Assembly (NCBI GenBank): GCA_002633005.1
Contig: NMRA01000281.1
Span: forward strand, 451,123 to 515,122
Source of the DNA: Phoronis australis
Lineage: Eukaryota; Animalia; Phoronida
DNA: 64,000 bases
Reading direction: 5' to 3'
In this document: piece by piece, positions 51,606-64,000 of the stretch
Layout of the letters: each line of letters begins with the position of its first letter
Position numbering within the stretch: the stretch's first letter is position 1
Position numbers and translations under genes: made by a program
The notes under the pieces: model-generated
The model's database searches: none
Seen by the model: only the letters and a program-made list of their open reading frames with translations
Told to the model about the DNA's origin: nothing

Positions 51606-53801
51606 AGACCCTTTCATATGGAATTAACTCCTGTCTGAGCGGAGTGTCAACGTACATGTATACTGCGAAGTTAACTGGACCATTCATACTGGCTTCGGTA
51701 GTTAATGAACATCGAAGTAAATGGTAGGTGATGCTGTCGTCATCAAAGTTATCGCAAGGTAGTCCTCCATGCTAAGATTTTTTTCAGTGTGACAATTTGG
51801 GAACATTTACATGTGCTAATTGACATAAAACTTTTTAAAATCAATTGGTGATTTTTAGAGCAAATTACCGTAAACGTTCGGGTTAACGCCCTGGGCGGTT
51901 AAATTGGCAAACCCAAAAAATCGGGGGTGGGCGATTAACCAGACATGGGCGCTTAAATGTGAAATTTCAAGAAATCCAGGGTGGGCGGTTAACCGAACAT
52001 GGGCGCTTATTACGACAGGCAACCGCCCTGGGCGGTTAATCTTACCTCGTGATCTAAGTCCCCACACCACACACGCACTCGGAACGCGTAGCACTTTTCA
52101 AAGAGCGTTATCGTCACGTCCCCACATGACGGGGAAAATGTCATAACAACGGATGATCCCAACAAAGGTTCTCTTGCCCTCAGATTAGTTATTCACTCTA
52201 TTAAATTTACAGAATTGCTGAGTAATAGCCCCGTGCCGTCCTGCGGTCTTGTTACTTTGCCCTGCGCAGGGCAGACGACCTGAGACCACGCAGCCTCTAC
52301 TTGGATTGCAAATATTTCAACACGTGACCTTGCTAAAGTATGCGCGTGCAAGCTTCACTTGTTGCGGAGGTCATAGCAGACATCAAATTTATGGTTACAG
52401 TCTCGTACTAGCTGCCAAATTCATAGTCAGAGAGCAGTTTTAAAATTAGTTGTAATAAAAGTTTGATAAACTTAACTCAGATGTTTTTTGTGTTTGGGAT
52501 ATCGACACTCCGTGACTCAATGACATTTTCAGCGTATGGTTCTGCGGCTAGCTTTTTTATCTCGACCGCCCGGCATTGCTCACTTGCCGTTGTGCCAAAC
52601 ATGCTCGGCAAAGAAGTAGGCCTAAGACAAGAATCGGGGTGAGCCACTCGTCAATCAACAATAAAATTTCGAGCCACGGCATAAATATGTGATAAAACGC
52701 CACAAAACAGCGATGTTTCAATTCATTCTTAAATGATCACCTTACCAAACTTCGTGGTGGAAAAACATTTATTTTTCATGCAGGATGTCCAGATTATCCT
52801 ATTTATATCACTTGCAAAATCGCATTGCGGCACTGTTCGGTCAGGCTGTTAGCGCGCAATGTCTCAGTCGGCTGACAATCGTGATTTATAAATGCCGTCA
52901 AGTAATATAACGGCCTCTTTCGATATATGCACCTCGTTTTTTTATGGCAAAAGATANTTTGACATCTTTCCGTGAGTTGTGCGATTTGTTCAAAATACGA
53001 GAGCTTCCCACCTTAATAGAATTTGGAGGGTTGGCAAAACCATGGTCACATTTCTCTGGCCTGATTTTTTCAAATATATGTTTTATCTTGTGCACTACAG
53101 ATGGAAACTCAGCGCGGCAGACAAAGTCGCTGAAAGCGGAGGTTTTGACGCCGGCGGCGTTCTTAAACTTTGCAAACATGGGAAGAAAATAAAGTGACAA
53201 AAACGTATTACATTTTGAAGTGAGTCCATGACCCAAGACAATAACTCGTTACTTGAATTGGAATTCACATTGCTAAACCACCGTCTCGGAAGCCCAGCGT
53301 CGTTGCGCTCTTTGTGATCATCGATCTTTTTCTAAAAGTCGGGAAATCGCACGTTTCCTTAGTACTGGGCGCTAAATCTTCATTATTTAAAAGTCGGGGA
53401 TGGGCGCTTAACCGAGAGGTGGGCGCTTAACTGGAAATCTTCAAAAATCGCAGGGGGGCGCTTAACCGAGCAGTGGGCGGTTAAATCGAAAATCCACCTA
53501 AAGTAGGGGGTGGGCGGTTAACTGAGCATGGGCGTTTACCCGAACGTTTACGGTATTAAGCAACTATTAGCGACGGCACTACCCTGTAATTGTTGAAGAT
53601 AACAGTGGCACCTGACAATAACTTCGATAGGACCGAAGTTGACCATTCATACTGCACCGCAGCATCGACCCTCCGCTCTTAAATCCACCTGTTTAGTGCA
53701 AAGTTAACTGGTGCTGTTAACTTCGATCCAGGACCGAAGTTAAGCGTTCATACTGACCGCATCTCCCCAAAACGTTGACGTTAGTATCACAGAAAGGCCC
53801 T
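51606..53801. mobile_element. MITE family C copy interrupted by a younger element
   Basis: The two halves join to give the reverse complement of 11101-11561; termini AGACCCTTTC...GAAAGGCCCT. Confidence 0.68.
51868..53553. mobile_element. Non-autonomous Tc1/mariner/pogo-like TIR element, 1686 bp
   Basis: TA|CCGTAAACGTTCGGGT...ACCCGAACGTTTACGG|TA perfect TIR with TA duplication; subterminal arrays of GGGCGGTTAA/GGGCGCTTAA; no transposase recognised. Confidence 0.85.
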
Positions 53802-54779
53802 AAAGTGTTCAGGCTGAGAATTATAACCTCTAAATTGGATACAACCAAAAACCGCTTTGTTGTGAGCAGAGTGTTTATTCGTTCTCTTTTACTAGTAACA
53901 GAAATTGAGTGTAGGCGTTTAATGATCATCGTATAAAATTTATGTCTTCATTTCACTGCGTTTGATGGACTTATTAAAATTTTTTTCTGAGATTTGTTTT
54001 TGGCCTGCCATGATTAACCCATCTACTCGTATGAAAAGTTGGATGATATTATGTGGCTTGTTACAGATGAGTTATTTCTTAATGTAAACAAATCCAACTA
54101 TGATATCTCATTCCCATCGTAAAGTGATAAACAATATTATTTCAGTTTTCCTATTAAAATGTGGAAAAAAAGAGGGTTAATTATTCACAAAAAATTGTCT
54201 TTGGGAAATCACATTGATAGTTGAAATCACAATATTACTGAAGTTTGAGGTCAAAACACTATGTTCCACATTCGGTGTTGAGAATATTGTAGAACTGCTC
54301 ATCTAAACTAATGGTGTTAGTCACAAGTTCACAATACATTTACTAAGTATTCTGCTTTAGAACTGTTTCATTTGTAATTGATCGTTCTTAATATTGAATT
54401 CATGTTTATTTCTGAAACAAGGCTTGAACAATGGGAAGAATTGCATGCATTTTATGAATGTGTAAAATCAATCAATAAATTATTTATTTTAGTGACCTGT
54501 AGCAATCGCTACCCAGCCACAACTTCAGGGCTTGTAAGTCACCATTCCAAAGCAAACGTACAAAAAAGGCAACACATACACATATACAGAGACAAAAAGA
54601 AAAGAAAATCAGACCAACCTTCCCAATAATTATTAATTGAGTAGTTGATTGTAGTTTCCATACCACCTGTGGCTTGTTTTTGGTGTTCTTTTCTATCTAA
54701 ATTGATGTTCTCTCTCAGTGAATATATTAAGGCTGATACTTAATTCACTGTTAAGTATTGGCGTTTGTGGATGATCTGG

Positions 54780-54949
54780 GGGCCAGTTTCTTAAAGAGTC
54801 TATAGCCAAAAGTTGTCTTTGTCTTTTAGTCTGTTCCTGAGCACACTACTGATTTCTGTCTTTTGGCTTAAGCCTGATTTTGTGAAATGGGGTAAGCCAC
54901 CCGTAAACTGATTTTTGCCAAAAGATAATGGACTCTTTGAGAAACCACC
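54780..54949. mobile_element. Short Harbinger-like MITE
   Basis: GGCCAGTTTCTTAAAGAGTC versus revcomp GGTGGTTTCTCAAAGAGTC; CTG/CAG-type flanks. Confidence 0.5.
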
Positions 54950-55971
54950 AGCATGATTGCCATGAGGACCCTGATATTTCTCACATCCCTGATTTCCGTT
55001 TTTCCAACTGTCAAATAATAAATCTAGGGGGTGCAAGCGTGTATCCAAATAACTAGCCAGCTAGTTGTATCTGCTCAGAAAAGTGATACTCATTCAGTCC
55101 ACTAAAATTTTATTTGTGGTCAACGCAACATAAAGTTCATTCTATTGTAGAATGCTGGACCCCACAGTTTTTGTAGCTTTTAGATTTGACTGACACATTT
55201 TCCCGAGTTATGGGCAGTTAAAAGACATACAATCTAGCAAATGGTTAATATTTTACTTGCTTTAATCTTTTGCTTTTTCAACAAAGAAGCCAGTCACTGT
55301 CGTGAGCACGCCACGCTCATGACACATGCTCGTCTTCGGTTGCTCTGTAAAGCGGCAGCCAATGACAACTTTGCCATGGAAACACCATTAGAAATTCAGT
55401 TCACTGGTTACTATAGATACTTAAAATTGCCCAAGAGTGAAACTAATGACGATAATTTGTTGTGTTCTAACATAATTTTGTGAAAAGAGAGAACCCTTCA
55501 TTGAAGAATCCGACGTCTCAAAGATATAGCCTTTTCTCAGAACTAAGGTATACAATCGGTCCGCAAATTTAGCTACAGAATGACTGAAAGTAGTGGCGTT
55601 GTTTTCACACCAGGTACGATATTTTCTAGTGGTTATTTTCTCTGTAACGAGTTAACAAGGTTCTTCCTGAAGAAAATTATAAATGGTGGAAATTGTGTGT
55701 CTTGTTGCTTTCGGACAAATTTATTATTACTATACACATTATTTTAACTTGCTAAGGATGTCTGTATTATTGCTGCAAAATAATAAAAATTATTCCTGCT
55801 ATGCTAGAGAATTCCAATCACGTGACTTGTAAAACATGGCTCTATGCTTAGCATGGTCATTGTTGTACGGTGTGATATTCAAATAATCCACACAAGAATG
55901 TGTTTCAAAATGTACATAAATGAAAGAAAGTGTATTTCGTTATTGTCAACGCGGCACACCTCTTACCCATC

Positions 55972-56385
55972 GGGCCGGGATCTAATCTTTTAACTCGAGT
56001 TGAATTTATTTTCCATGCTACTTTGGTATGAACTCAAGATAAGTTTCTATTATTTGGTGCTTGTGTATATCGTGGTTTATATGCATTACTAGCAGGGTTA
56101 TTCTATTTTGCATGTGAGGACCACACAATTAAAGCCATAAATTCGAGTCTGAACTTGGAATTTCAAGTTTGTACTCGAAATCTTGAGTTTTTACTCATTT
56201 GTAGCTCAACCAGGAATCGTCCAGTGCAATATTGGATCACACACAAGACAGTGATTTGTATAATCCATAATGTACTCATGCACAGAATAATTATTAACAG
56301 TTATTTACCTTACGTTTATATCAAAGGAGAACGGTAAATGATAATTTTCAAGTTGGGTTTCGAGTTTAAAGGTTAGATTCGGGCC
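55972..56385. mobile_element. MITE family E (Harbinger-like)
   Basis: GGGCCGGGATCTAATCTTT...AAAGGTTAGATTCGGGCC|CAG; related element at about 60952-61340 (GGCCTGGGTCTAATCTTTGTACT...AGTACAAAGATTAGACC). Confidence 0.62.
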
Positions 56386-58252
56386 CAGAATTAGAAATTG
56401 GGTCATGTGAAAGACGCTTTTGTGTTGTCGCAATGCTGAAGAGCTGTGTGTGTAATGTTTCCTATTCACCATACCGGTATCTATCATTGATTTGAAACAA
56501 AATGTGCTGCAGCTGTAATTGTAAAACCATTTCAAGATTACATTCAACGAAAGTGCTTAACGTCTGCTATAACTTGCCAAACTGTCGACCGTAGTTACCT
56601 ATCGCCACTCATCCCTCAGACTAATGGATAACATAATGACTGGGCGAATCTTGTCACTAAATGCTTTACAAATATCCATCAGTCAATAACTACTGACCAT
56701 TTCTTCATTAGGTCTGGCCCCGTTGGCGCTGGTCATTTTATTGATCTTGTCCATTTCTGGCTTCACATCCATTACATTTTCCTATAATTGGCGGAAACCT
56801 AGGTTGCGTATCCTAGCAACAGAAGCTTGAGTGGTGCTTTCGTTTTGTTTTGAGACTTCATAAATGATAGATGTCTCTTGAGATTTGCTGCACTGTCTGT
56901 TCCTTTAATATTAAACAAAAAGTTCAAGCATTGCAGAATTTGTATTATGTTGTTTTGTTCAGAGGGGGACCTTACATAAATGTCCAAATTTACCTAACTG
57001 TGGAACATCATATCTGAGAAATGACTGGTTGGATGCAAATGCAACTTTCAGAGACTGATTTATGCGCTGTTCTCTGACACTCTTTTATGGATTCTTTCCA
57101 AAATTATCCATTTCTGCAGTAGGTACTATAAATATTAAGACTATGATTGTTTTTATGAAAATAATTAAAAACTCACATGAGACGAAACGAAAATGGTAAT
57201 TTAGAAAACTAAAACAACATTTTTGAAATTTCATCTTATATCATTTTGTATTGTTAAATGAAATTTGGTCGAGTGATTAATCTCGTTATTTTAATGTACA
57301 TTTATTTATGATAATTATTTCTAAACGGACATGGTCATGTGACCCAATCAGTAGCATATTATTGGTAGTTTAAAGTCAAGTATCAAATTCTTGAGTCTTT
57401 ACTACTTTGAGAAAATAGTTGACGTAATTTGATGATAATTTTGTACGGTAGATATTTGAATGAATACACAGAGTTGTTGATAAGGTCCCACATATCCTTA
57501 GCTTAAGGGTATTTTTACCTGTGGAAATATTGTTGTACTGTTGGTAAATGTAAACTTTGCATTTTTCACGAAATTTATTTTACTGACATTTTCTGTTAGC
57601 TGCATCGTGATCGTGGGTTTGTATCTTAAGCTATATTCTGTACAATTCACTTAACACTAGTATTGTGAACAGGAATAAACTAAGTCCGTTTATGCAGCTT
57701 ATTTCAGGTGAAAAACAAGACTGTCAAGATTTCTCCAAGATGGAGTTGCTGAAAATTTTTGGGACTTGACAGAAAGTTGCTTTCATGCTTTTAGTGTGTG
57801 GTTTGATACCACTAATTTGTTACGTTTGTCACTACAGAGCCTGTTTTGTCCCCTGAACCAATGACCAGGGTTGTGATAGTTGGCTTGATACCTTCAGGAA
57901 ACATCGTGCAATGGCCAAAACACACTAGCCCAGTTGACAGCCAACTCTAAAAAAGACTACTTGTGAATAGATTCACAGCCTATTCACGGCTTACTGTACA
58001 GAATCCCAAAAGGAAAGATTCTGTAATAACTGTTTCTAATGCCAATTATGTTTTTCTGTTGCATAGTGATTTGTAAAATATTGTAAACTTGAGTGGGGCT
58101 CGATAAATCATTCTTAGTTTGTGTGACTCAGTTCAGAAGAATGTTAGGAGCCCTGTCTTTTAAAAACTAGGTCAATTACACATGCATTTTTCTACCTTGC
58201 AAAAGGAGAGAGTTGAATTCGGGATGTAGCTTTACTAATTGCTTTTTCAAAG

Positions 58253-58588
58253 GGCTGCGCAAGACAATGGTCAGTGCTCACCGCCAAGCATGGACATGGC
58301 AAGACGAGTGGTTTGGTCTTGAGCTTGACGACATACGGAAGTTAGAGAAGGAAACTCAGCGCCTCCTGGCAGAGAAAATGGGAGAACCCGAAAACGAAGA
58401 TCTGTTTGAGGATGGACCGGGGACACCCGGCATGTCAAAGAAAGGCAACAGGAATAGTTTCACTATTTTGGCCAATGAGACCGTCAACCAGAATGGTACA
58501 TCGGGGGATGGAGACAACATGGTGCTGTCTCAGAAGGGAGCAGAACGGAGGAGCACATGGTCATCGTCTGGACGTCGGTCAACTTTAG
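58253..58588 (+). CDS. PITPNM: PITPNM coding exon 5 (end of PITP domain plus linker)
   Basis: Acceptor ttttcaaag; translates (G)LRKTMVSAHRQAWTWQDEWFGLELDDIRKLEKETQRLLAEKM...RRSTL(G); donor TAG|GTAGAG; 336 nt, phase 1-1. Confidence 0.92.
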
Positions 58589-59540
58589 GTAGAGTCTGTT
58601 GCATTTTAAAGGCCTAGTGTCTAGGGTTTAGTTAAAACCCTGAAGGAATCTCAACTTTAGAAGTAGGCCTCTTACAGCTCATAACATTAATGTCAATTTA
58701 TACCTCACTGAAACGTGCTTTCTGAGTTGGGGAAGGATTGATAAGTCATTGCTGAAGACTGAGCTCAATAGGTTAGGATTTATAGGCTCATCAGCTTATG
58801 CATTAGAAGCAATATGAAGGCAAATAGGTTGGTTCTGTGACTGAACACTAGATGGTGTAATCGGAGTTAAATTAATTAGACCTTCCCAGGTGTCTAGGAC
58901 ACTATCTATCAAAATATTACCTAGTCTGCATAGGTTTGTTTATTGGACGGGCGAAATGCGATAAAAATTTATTGCGTCAGTCAGTTGCCATGCCGATGCA
59001 AAGTCGGTTGTAAATCGCCAAATCATTGGCGAATCTTAATAAAAATTTTGACATTTACATGATTACAGACACTGTTTGACTCTCTGCTATGCAGTGTGTT
59101 TGTTTTCATTTTTGTCTATTTCAAAAATAAACTGACGTCATCCAACCTGATGCTTCTATGATGCCCCAAGTGCAGTTACAGCACAGGTTGCTAATTTTTT
59201 TCTGCTCGGTCAGTCACCAGTCTTCGATTCCTCCTAGACAAGCAATGATTTGTTAAAAGAGTCATTAACCGATCCTCATTGTGATCATCACTTGGGTTGG
59301 AAATGTGGCTAAAGTAGCAAATCATAATCACTATTTTGAAGGTCAGAAGAGCGAAGCTGGTTTGCATTATGAACAACCAATATTTTGATATGGAATATAA
59401 TACAATTCAGTATATAGAAATATTTTATTTCTTTAGTCATACCGTTAATCAGCGCCATCCTCATTTTAAACTCTTTGTCCTATGGGGGTTGGAAGGAGTT
59501 TATTGTGGAGTAACTGTGTTGCTGTCGCCATTTTATGCAG

Positions 59541-59651
59541 GGTCGTCAAAGACGAAAAGCATAAGCGAAGCGGATTGGAGAATTGAAAAATTGGAAACAC
59601 TTCAGGATGAAAGTTCCGACGACGATGGCGATTTATTTTATGATGCATTTG
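59541..59651 (+). CDS. PITPNM: PITPNM coding exon 6 (acidic tract plus FFAT-like motif)
   Basis: Acceptor ttttatgcag; translates (G)SSKTKSISEADWRIEKLETLQDESSDDDGDLFYDAF(E); donor TTG|GTAGGT; 111 nt. Confidence 0.88.
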
Positions 59652-60074
59652 GTAGGTCACAAGACCGTAGCTATCCTAGAATATATTTAGAAATGCATGT
59701 TGGGTACATTACTTTGAACACATGGTCCATTTGAACCAAGGATGGCACTCCTAACTTTGATTTGGGGTCAGATTCAATGCAGATGTTTGGTATTGGATAA
59801 GTATTGTATCATTTCCAGAGTGCATGATGGTGTTACTGTGTTTTGAACAGTGCAAGTAATGCAAATTAGCTGACAAAACAATGCTTGTTAAAACTGATCG
59901 GAAATAGAAAGTAGCCAGCTGTGCTTGGTGTATGTTCTAATGTAATCCTTGAGATCGTAATTTCAGTTACTGGAAAAATGTGGAGCAGTAAAATGTTACA
60001 GCAATGGCGACTATCACATCTTATTTACAGGAAAGAAAATGCCAAGTATGCATTGTATTTGATATTTTTTCCAG

Positions 60075-60218
60075 AAACTTTAGAGGAAGATAATTCCCAG
60101 CCTGTACAGATGGCACGTAACAGTTCTTGTGATACTTTGAATTCTACTCTAGAGGGCACTGACTCGTTTGAAGAGTACGACGATGCCGTCACATGTGGCG
60201 ATGAGCTCCCCAAAAGCG
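60075..60218 (+). CDS. PITPNM: PITPNM coding exon 7
   Basis: Acceptor ttttttccag; translates (E)TLEEDNSQPVQMARNSSCDTLNSTLEGTDSFEEYDDAVTCGDELPKS; donor GCG|GTAAAG; 144 nt, phase 1-1. Supplies the final Glu of the FFAT-like motif. Confidence 0.8.
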
Positions 60219-60373
60219 GTAAAGTAGAAAACTATTTCAGGAAATGTCTTGAAAATTTTGAAAACTTTGAATTCAGCCATTGGTCATAAACCCTCCAGCT
60301 TTTGATTTAGGTCATTTACTGTATGAATTAGGCCTCAAATTAAAGGTGATGTCAGGGCTTTGAAGGAATTGAC

Positions 60374-60470
60374 AGTTTGTTGTTACGTGAGACACTGCTC
60401 TACAAGTTTGTTGTTACATGAGACGCTGCTCTACAAGTTTGTTGTTACGTGAGACGCTGCTCTACAAGTT
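60374..60470. repeat. 31-bp tandem repeat, 3 copies
   Basis: Unit AGTTTGTTGTTACGTGAGACGCTGCTCTACA. Confidence 0.92.
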
Positions 60471-61685
60471 TTTTTACAAATTTATTGTCAGTATAAGACG
60501 AACAAGTACATTTCATTTTAATAACGCCACGCTCGCCCGGATTCATACACAACATGTATTTTGCTCTGCAAGTTGGGTTGTCACAGCATGCCATCTCGTG
60601 TCCCCAGCATGGTGTCAAGCAATAACTGTCAGTTCTTTACAAACTCTAATCACTTCTCATGTGAGTAAGGAACAATTGAAACCAGTTTTATAGTCAATTG
60701 GTAAATGGTCTATTAAAATGTTTGCTTCATTGCCGTAGCGCAAGGTGCCACTTTAAGCTAAGCACTTTATAATAAGTTTTTAGTAAAGTGGCAGTCGTGT
60801 AGCACATAGTGGCTATGGGATGTTTCTTTCTAGACTTGTAATAATCAAAACTAATCTCAGTGAAGAAGTCTTGCTTTCATGGAGAAACTCATCCATGGTG
60901 GTTGAGGACAATGTACTCTGTCAAGTCGTAGACTCGTATTAATGACTTCTGGGCCTGGGTCTAATCTTTGTACTTGAAATCAAGCTCAAAGTTGTTTCTG
61001 ACATTTCCATTTTACTTGACGTCTGACTGCAAATACAAGATAAGTGTCTATTTTTGTGTGCTTGAGTATTTGATGGTTAGTGCAGATGAATGCAAGTGCA
61101 AGTTTGCACTAGATGACCTCTAGATTCAAGCTGTTGTTACAAACTCGAAGTTTGAAGTTGAGGCTCAAGCTTTAAGGCTTGGGTCATCAAGTACACTCTA
61201 GGATTAGATAGTTTTCCACATGAACCATAATGTATTCAAGTGTAGAATAACAGGCATTAACCTGAGTTTGCTGAAAAGTGAAATGGAAAATGTTAAAAAA
61301 TAATTTTTTCAGGTTGGATTTTGAGTACAAAGATTAGACCACAGTTTCAAAATTATACACCTAGGTCTTGTTGCACTAAAGGTCTTATAACCTTTTTGAT
61401 CTTGAATGTGATTTACGCAAATGTGTGACAACTGTTACGTTACGAAATTCTATCTGAGATCGAAAGTGGCTTAAATGAAACATTAATTTCAGTTTAGACC
61501 TAGTATTTATTTTTATTAAACGAAGCAATGATTTAATTGCGAATTATGCTTCAAGTTGAAAAGTTTGTGGAATATTACAAATTGTAAGTGAGGGAAGCCC
61601 CTTAGAGCTTTAACCACTAGGCCACTGATCACCTAGTGTAAATGGTACTCAGTTACAGTGTGCTTGCTTTATGATATGTTTACAG

Positions 61686-61817
61686 ATCCGTATGTTATGG
61701 GCATGAGAAAGACAGTTGACTTTAAGATGGATCATCAAATTCACTCATTCGAAGCAGAGAATGGCTCAACAGTAGGGGCGTGCCGTACAACTGTCCTGTT
61801 TCTGGTGCTACATGGAG
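61686..61817 (+). CDS. PITPNM: PITPNM coding exon 8
   Basis: Acceptor tgtttacag; translates (D)PYVMGMRKTVDFKMDHQIHSFEAENGSTVGACRTTVLFLVLHG(G), ending in the conserved LVLHGG block of Nir/rdgB proteins; donor GAG|GTTAGT; 132 nt. Confidence 0.88.
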
Positions 61818-62639
61818 GTTAGTGTCACTTTGTGCGCTCGCATAATTATGTGTAACGTGGTCGCATATCGCTGTCGTCTCTGTCCGCGTGTCTGACATCC
61901 ACTGCTGTTTCTCCAAACCTCTTGGAGGGTCTTCATGGAAGTTGGCAGATATGTTCATGTGGACCTGATAATGGATGATAATGACTTTGTGATGGATTCT
62001 ACTGCCAGTGTGTCCTTGAGCAGTCGTGTTTGTCTCTGTATTTTTAGAGTTGTTTGATGGATTTTCATGGAATTTGGAAAATAGGTTTTTGTTAAGGCGA
62101 TATCGTCGCCTTTTTATTTTTGAATGAATTTGACTAACTCTACATCATCTTGTGGCCATTTTTACTATTTACATTTTTTTGCATTTGCAAAACCAACCAA
62201 AAGCGTCGTTATGAAAATTAGCAGATCTGCGTTCCTGCTAAAAAGACCATGACTGACATTGGTTTTTAGATGGGTCCAACTACTCTGGTGTCCCCTAATG
62301 GTAGTTTTGTTCCGTTTTTGCTTGAAAAATTATGAAACAGAGGACTTTTGTGAATTCAATGAAGAAAATCAAAGGTTGCACAAAACGAAAGCCAAATGAT
62401 GAATTAAGAATGCTACAGCATTTTTGAGATTTCATTGTGGATACATACATCTAACATAATTTGGCCGTGCTATTGACAACATTGTTTTGCTAATGGATGA
62501 ACCTTTCTTTCTTGATAAACTTAAGTGAAAATACATGGTGTCGTGACCCAGTTAATGACAGTTGGCGTCAAGTGAAAAATCAAATTCTAAGGGTTTTCTA
62601 CTTTTTCTGAGTTTAAATCTATAGCTTACAGTAGATTAT

Positions 62640-62815
62640 CTAGCTAAGATAGACTTATCGTTAGAGTTGTATACAACCTTCAGATGGAGCCTGAGGAAGC
62701 AATAGTTCTCATTCGTGCAATGCTCATAGTCTGCTGGGCAGTACTGGATTCGAACGCAGACCTCAAGAGTGAGATTCTGAAATCCAAACCTCTGTGCTTT
62801 GCTGAGCTAAGACTG
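62640..62815 (-). mobile_element. Degenerate tRNA-derived SINE or tRNA pseudogene
   Basis: The minus strand has A-box-like TAGCTCAG (62802-62809) and B-box GTTCGAATCC (62746-62755) at tRNA-like spacing, but no intact cloverleaf. The 3' end is approximate. Confidence 0.5.
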
Positions 62816-63820
62816 TTGTCATTTTTGACTGTAGTGTAGGCTGTAACTGACTATCAGATATTGGGATAGAACATGATTCAGTGATATACATGGCTGAACA
62901 ATAGGTGCTGTAAACTGTTGACACTGCCAACTTTCGTCAACTTGTGGTCTAATAAAATTTTTGAAGTTTGGCACTTTGCCAAAAACAGTAAATCAATGTT
63001 TGAGCTTCTATAGGAACCCCTCCATTTTCAAATTACTGTTAATGTATCAAAGATGCTTTTTTAAAAACCAAATTTTAAAAGCCACACAACCCAGCTGTGA
63101 CTAGCCATGTCTCTAATGTTGTCTATTTGGACTTTTAGAACAACTCTCACAACCTTGGACGTGCTTGTCAATGTTGGCTGGGAGTTGTCTTGATCCTTTC
63201 CACGTCATGAAATATAGTGTAGTTGTCATATTGTTATCTGTCTGGACTGTCAGCTTATCAATGCTATTAGTTAGTCATGGTGGTTTGCAAAGTGTTAGGT
63301 ATGCAATGGCACTTGACAATTAATGGTATTACATTTGAGTATTCAGTAACATGTTTCTGCATAAACATGTTGTGTTGATAAATATTCCCCCGTGTGCCCT
63401 AAGTGTCTTCAACAAAATTTGCTGTAGCCCTGATGTAGTCATTATTGACAGGGTTGTTGGAGCATGGCATGTCTTGAACAATATGCATCACAATGAAGTG
63501 TGTGGCTCTTCAGGAACATTTTAATAGGCTTTCTATGAATTAGAATAAAATCATCCAGTCAAAATTGTTATTGAATGACTGATGAATGCAAAAGCAAAGT
63601 AAAGTGAGAATAGTCATTGAGTTACGTGTTACAACTGAAGGTTGTCACTCTAGTTGTGATCCCAAGATATCTGTGCACAATCTCTCTACAGTCAGCACTT
63701 CTTGTCTCACTCACTGTTTCCAAGAAGTCTTCTGGTGTGGATGTTGGGAATGAAACGAGCACAAGGCACTGTTTGTGATTTCTCAGTTAATCATAAGTTT
63801 GCTGTCCACGTTGTTTCCAG

Positions 63821-63995
63821 GAAGTCTGCTGGATGCTGGGAATGAACAGAACCCGAAACACGCAGACATCAGCACGTTGCGGGCGACGTTCGACAGCGTG
63901 GTCAAGTCTCACTATCCACACCTGGCTGGTCATATCTGTGTTCGGCTGATCCCATGTCCAGCCACCTGTGCAGATACTATCAACACACTGCTAAG
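63821..63995 (+). CDS. PITPNM: PITPNM coding exon 9 (gene continues beyond window)
   Basis: Acceptor ttgtttccag; translates (G)SLLDAGNEQNPKHADISTLRATFDSVVKSHYPHLAGHICVRLIPCPATCADTINTLL, matching the Nir-family pattern LD...D..T....FD.V...HYP...G...RLVPCP..C; probable donor AAG|GTTTG. Confidence 0.9.
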
Positions 63996-64000
63996 GTTTG

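Noticed and set aside
52898-53236. ORFs inside the 1.7-kb TIR element as a possible transposase
   Set aside because: No HTH or DDE/DDD motifs; short, overlapping on both strands and containing an N.
62740-62815. Functional tRNA gene
   Set aside because: A and B boxes are present, but the acceptor and anticodon stems do not pair; kept only as a SINE-like relic.

Overview
AT-rich, repeat-dense eukaryotic DNA with long GT-AG introns, single-N contig joins and one N gap. It looks like an animal genome, probably a marine invertebrate, but the taxon cannot be fixed from this window. One host gene is supported: a class IIA phosphatidylinositol transfer protein (PITPNM/Nir/rdgB-alpha type) on the + strand. 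I traced nine phase-compatible coding exons from 39672 to 63995, covering the complete PITP domain, an FFAT-like motif and the conserved LVLHGG block; the gene continues past the window end. The first 39 kb has no host CDS and is filled with DNA-transposon remnants. The best resolved are (i) a 3.5-kb ISL2EU-type fossil (6324-9851) with convergent decayed THAP and SAP/YqaJ-exonuclease genes, (ii) a 1.4-kb Kolobok-like deletion derivative (11951-13364) with a clean THAP domain facing a P2X7-tail/KolX-like ORF fragment, and (iii) a fold-back element (31548-32436) whose two arms both carry a THAP-like start. Harbinger-, hAT-, Kolobok- and Tc1/pogo-like MITEs, minisatellites, a perfect 41-bp hairpin and several near-identical duplications at N joins (probably assembly artefacts) make up the rest. 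I found no clearly novel intact multi-gene system; the best candidates are decayed mobile elements and splice-site duplications. All family assignments come from motif recognition by eye, not from database searches.
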